Of a stretch of DNA of 7,648 nucleotides, positions 5,930 through 7,648 are shown one piece after another. The notes beneath the pieces were generated by a model. The model was not told the DNA's origin. It saw nothing but the letters and a program-made list of their open reading frames with translations, and made no database searches. Every line of letters begins with the position of its first letter. Positions within the stretch are counted from its first letter, which is position 1. Made by a program: the position numbers and the translations under genes. The stretch comes from a virus (lineage: Duplodnaviria > Heunggongvirae > Uroviricota > Caudoviricetes), in IMG/VR virus record IMGVR_UViG_3300014721_000007, positions 1 through 7,648 of that record; one strand, written 5' to 3'.

Positions 5930-6556
5930 ATGGAAACGGTTGGTCAGCGTATAAAAGCTCTGAGAAGAGTTACCAGAACGTCCCAGAAAGAATTGGGTAA
6001 ATTTTGTGGAGTAAGCGACGTTGCTGTGGGGTACTGGGAGAAAGACATCAATACCCCTGGTGGGGAGGCACTTTCGAAATTAGCGAAGTTCTTCAATACG
6101 TCAATAGATTACATTCTTTATGGTGCTGAGTTTGAAGGCAAACTCGTCACAAACATGCGCAGAGTTCCTGTAATATCGTGGGTTCAGGCTGGGCAGTTTA
6201 CTGAGTGCAGGGCAGCAGAAGTGTTTAGTGAAGTGGACAAGTGGGTAGATACATCATTAAAGATTGGTGATAACTCATTTGCATTAGAGGTTAAAGGTGA
6301 CTCCATGACTAACCCTAATGGCCTCCCAACAATACCAGAAGGCGCAACAGTGATTGTAGATCCAGATGCAGAACCTCGTCATGGAAAAATAGTAATCGCT
6401 CGACTTGATGGAACAAACGAAGCTACAGTAAAAAAATTAGTCATCGATGGCCCTCAAAAGTTTTTAGTGCCATTAAATCCTCGGTATCCCAACATCCCTA
6501 TCAATGGTAATTGCCTTATCATTGGTGTAGTCAAAGGAGTTCAATACGAACTCTAA
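5930..6556 (+). CDS. CI-like phage repressor (HTH_XRE N-terminal domain plus S24 LexA-type autopeptidase domain)
   Basis: 208 aa. N-terminal HTH (QKELGKFCGVSDVAVGYWEKD), Ala-Gly cleavage motif (VQAGQF), S24 catalytic serine in GDSMTNP and lysine in VKKLV. Confidence 0.9.
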   Translation: METVGQRIKALRRVTRTSQKELGKFCGVSDVAVGYWEKDINTPGGEALSKLAKFFNTSIDYILYGAEFEGKLVTNMRRVPVISWVQAGQFTECRAAEVFSEVDKWVDTSLKIGDNSFALEVKGDSMTNPNGLPTIPEGATVIVDPDAEPRHGKIVIARLDGTNEATVKKLVIDGPQKFLVPLNPRYPNIPINGNCLIIGVVKGVQYEL

Positions 6557-6589
6557 GACCTCTCTTCTCTAACTAAGGCACCGAACTAA

Positions 6590-6626
6590 GAAAAGTTTGG
6601 TGTTTTCTCTTGCTATAATAACTAAG
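6590..6626 (+). promoter_or_regulatory. Candidate promoter with extended -10 (TGcTATAAT at 6611-6619) flanked by AACTAAG repeats
   Basis: TGnTATAAT is a perfect extended -10; the -35 is poor. AACTAAG heptamers lie at 6571, 6584 and 6620, with the last one at the predicted transcription start. Oriented toward the 6763 ORF. Confidence 0.35.
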
Positions 6627-6762
6627 TTAAGTTAGATTTTATATCAAAGATAACGAACAGGCAGGACGCCCACGAAGTAGCCGCCTGGGGCATATGAAGT
6701 CCAGGATGATTCGTTGAGTCATGTTGTGCCACTATGCACTCATGTTAAAGCAGGTGTATGAA

Positions 6763-7038
6763 ATGAAAGTCCAGATTTTAAACAATAACTGTGAAGTCGT
6801 TTGGTCATACGACATAGCCGCCCCTGTAGATCAGAGCGGCGATAGCTGGACCAATGGGAAACATCAGATTATGGCTGGAGTTGTGTTCTCTTTACGCCGT
6901 GCTTTGGAACAGGCTGAAGTATTTCCATCAGACCCTGAATGGAAATGGCCTTTTTCTATTTGTCCAAATTCGGAGAGTACATTTCAGAAAATTGGTCAGA
7001 AAGTCGCACTCGAAGAGCATCAGCCAACTGTTTCCTGA
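6763..7038 (+). CDS. Hypothetical protein (91 aa), co-oriented with and downstream of cI
   Basis: ATG at 6763 preceded by AGGTG at a 6-nt spacing. No family recognised. Its 3' 83 bp overlap the convergent ORF 6956..7201, so at most one may be real over the overlap. Confidence 0.35.
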   Translation: MKVQILNNNCEVVWSYDIAAPVDQSGDSWTNGKHQIMAGVVFSLRRALEQAEVFPSDPEWKWPFSICPNSESTFQKIGQKVALEEHQPTVS

Positions 7039-7201
7039 TTTTTTCAGGTAACTCGTCGGCATCGCAGAAACAACAACGCTCGATCATGTTGAAAGCCGAT
7101 TCGTAGAACTGTTTCTGCTGAGTGTCGCTGAGACAGGAAAAGAGCGACGTTACGATGATTTTATTAATTGCATTATCAAGTTCTTTTTCATCAAAAGTCA
7201 T
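6956..7201 (-). CDS. Hypothetical protein (81 aa), convergent with cI
   Basis: ATG at 7201 preceded by AAGGA with an 8-nt spacer. Helix-like, acidic sequence with a CCFC motif. No family recognised. Confidence 0.4.
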   Translation of the reverse strand: MTFDEKELDNAINKIIVTSLFSCLSDTQQKQFYESAFNMIERCCFCDADELPEKIRKQLADALRVRLSDQFSEMYSPNLDK

Positions 7202-7454
7202 TTGATTTTCCTTTTATGTATACGGGCTTAAAAGGATACCACCGAGCCTGAAGTGGTGAAAAGACAGGCACATAACAGCTAAGTATTTTCAACCAAAGAG
7301 AATCCTTAGCGTTGTGGTGAATGCGGCTCAGCGCACGCGGGTTAAGGTTGAGGCTGACAGTCGACCTTCTGTGGATACCCACCCGTCTGGTGTGCAACCT
7401 TCGCCAGGCACCGGGAGGCACCCGGCACCACAACTTTATGCTGTGTGTAGTCCT

Positions 7455-7501
7455 GGCGGTACCAGTTTGTACCCTTGCTTCCGGCTGGTACCGTCCTTTT
7501 T
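7455..7501 (+). terminator. Terminator-like hairpin on the + strand
   Basis: Stem 7455-7465 pairs with 7485-7495 (core GGTACCAG / CTGGTACC, 11 bp including one G-U), 19-nt loop, followed by CTTTTT (7496-7501). No U tract on the - strand. Confidence 0.4.
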
Positions 7502-7502
7502 A

Positions 7503-7589
7503 CAAAACAGAGAAGAGCATCACCGGACGACGGGCTCATAACCCAATCCATCCGGGCGGCTGCCACCGCAGGTGTTCTTCTCTGTTTTG
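7503..7589. repeat. 14-bp perfect inverted repeat CAAAACAGAGAAGA / TCTTCTCTGTTTTG enclosing a 59-nt G+C-rich segment
   Basis: Arms at 7503-7516 and 7576-7589 are exact reverse complements. The stem is extensible by about 4 more pairs with G-U pairing in RNA. No credible ORF covers it. Confidence 0.85.
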
Positions 7590-7638
7590 TGGAGAAACTA
7601 ATCGGCCTTGCAGGGTCGATATGATGAGGAGCAGCAAA

Positions 7639-7648
7639 ATGGCTAACG
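7639..7648 (+). CDS. 5' end of a gene running off the window (only ATG GCT AAC visible)
   Basis: GAGGAG Shine-Dalgarno at 7626-7631 with a 7-nt spacer before the ATG at 7639. Product unknown; too little sequence to assign. Confidence 0.25.

Larger units (their letters stand above)
5843..6626 (+). repeat. Dispersed AACTAAG heptamer, five copies all on the + strand, flanking the cI gene (operator half-site candidates)
   Basis: Copies at 5843-5849, 5892-5898, 6571-6577, 6584-6590 and 6620-6626. None was seen elsewhere in the window by eye. Confidence 0.6.
1..7648. mobile_element. Prophage segment (lambdoid-type immunity / early replication / nin-like region); both ends run off the window
   Basis: Gene content and order: CI-like S24 repressor divergent from a Cro-like gene, then CII-like, Rha, O-like initiator with internal iterons, phage Dam methylase, RusA and KilA-N. 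Recognised from protein motifs by eye; no homology search was possible. Confidence 0.85.

Noticed and set aside
7131-7150. boxA-like CGCTCTTTTCC on the minus strand (nut-site candidate)
   Set aside because: It lies inside the 6956..7201 ORF on the strand opposite to that expected for a leftward nut site, and no adjacent boxB hairpin was seen.
7191-7566. ORFs 7191..7433 (-), 7314..7541 (+) and 7342..7566 (-)
   Set aside because: Arg/Pro/Gly-rich translations of a G+C-rich structured region, mutually overlapping, with no ribosome binding sites. Interpreted as noncoding.
7503-7589. Retron msr/msd interpretation of the 14-bp inverted repeat
   Set aside because: The inverted repeats enclose only 59 nt, too short for an msr-msd unit, and no reverse-transcriptase gene is visible in the window. 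Cannot be excluded without downstream sequence.
7300-7600. tRNA or tmRNA fragment as a prophage attachment site
   Set aside because: No T-loop (GTTCGAnTC-like) or acceptor/CCA features were found by eye on either strand.
7608-7624. TATGAT -10-like hexamer at 7619-7624
   Set aside because: It is too close to the Shine-Dalgarno and ATG at 7626-7641 to leave a functional leader, and there is no -35 at the proper spacing.

Overview
The window reads as the immunity and early-replication region of a lambdoid-type prophage from an enterobacterial host; all protein identifications are from motif recognition by eye, with no database search run. On the + strand sits a CI-like repressor (5930-6556). 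Diverging from it on the - strand is a Cro-like gene followed by eight ORFs whose start and stop codons overlap in sequence: CII/YdaT-like, a Rha-domain protein with a long N-terminal extension, a 74-aa ORF, an O-like replication initiator with iterons inside the gene, a PerC-like protein, a phage Dam-type methyltransferase, a LexA N-terminal-domain homolog, and a frameshifted rusA. A KilA-N/KilAC antirepressor-like gene (12-827, -) lies downstream, preceded by a perfect SOS box (CTGT-N8-ACAG). Right of cI there are two convergent, overlapping small ORFs and then a structured noncoding region (terminator-like hairpin plus a 14-bp perfect inverted repeat) ahead of a gene that starts at 7639 and runs off the window. 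The most interesting lead is a possible phage-encoded SOS sub-circuit: a non-cleavable LexA look-alike, an SOS box, and an antirepressor-like gene in one prophage. No tRNA, rRNA or CRISPR array was seen.
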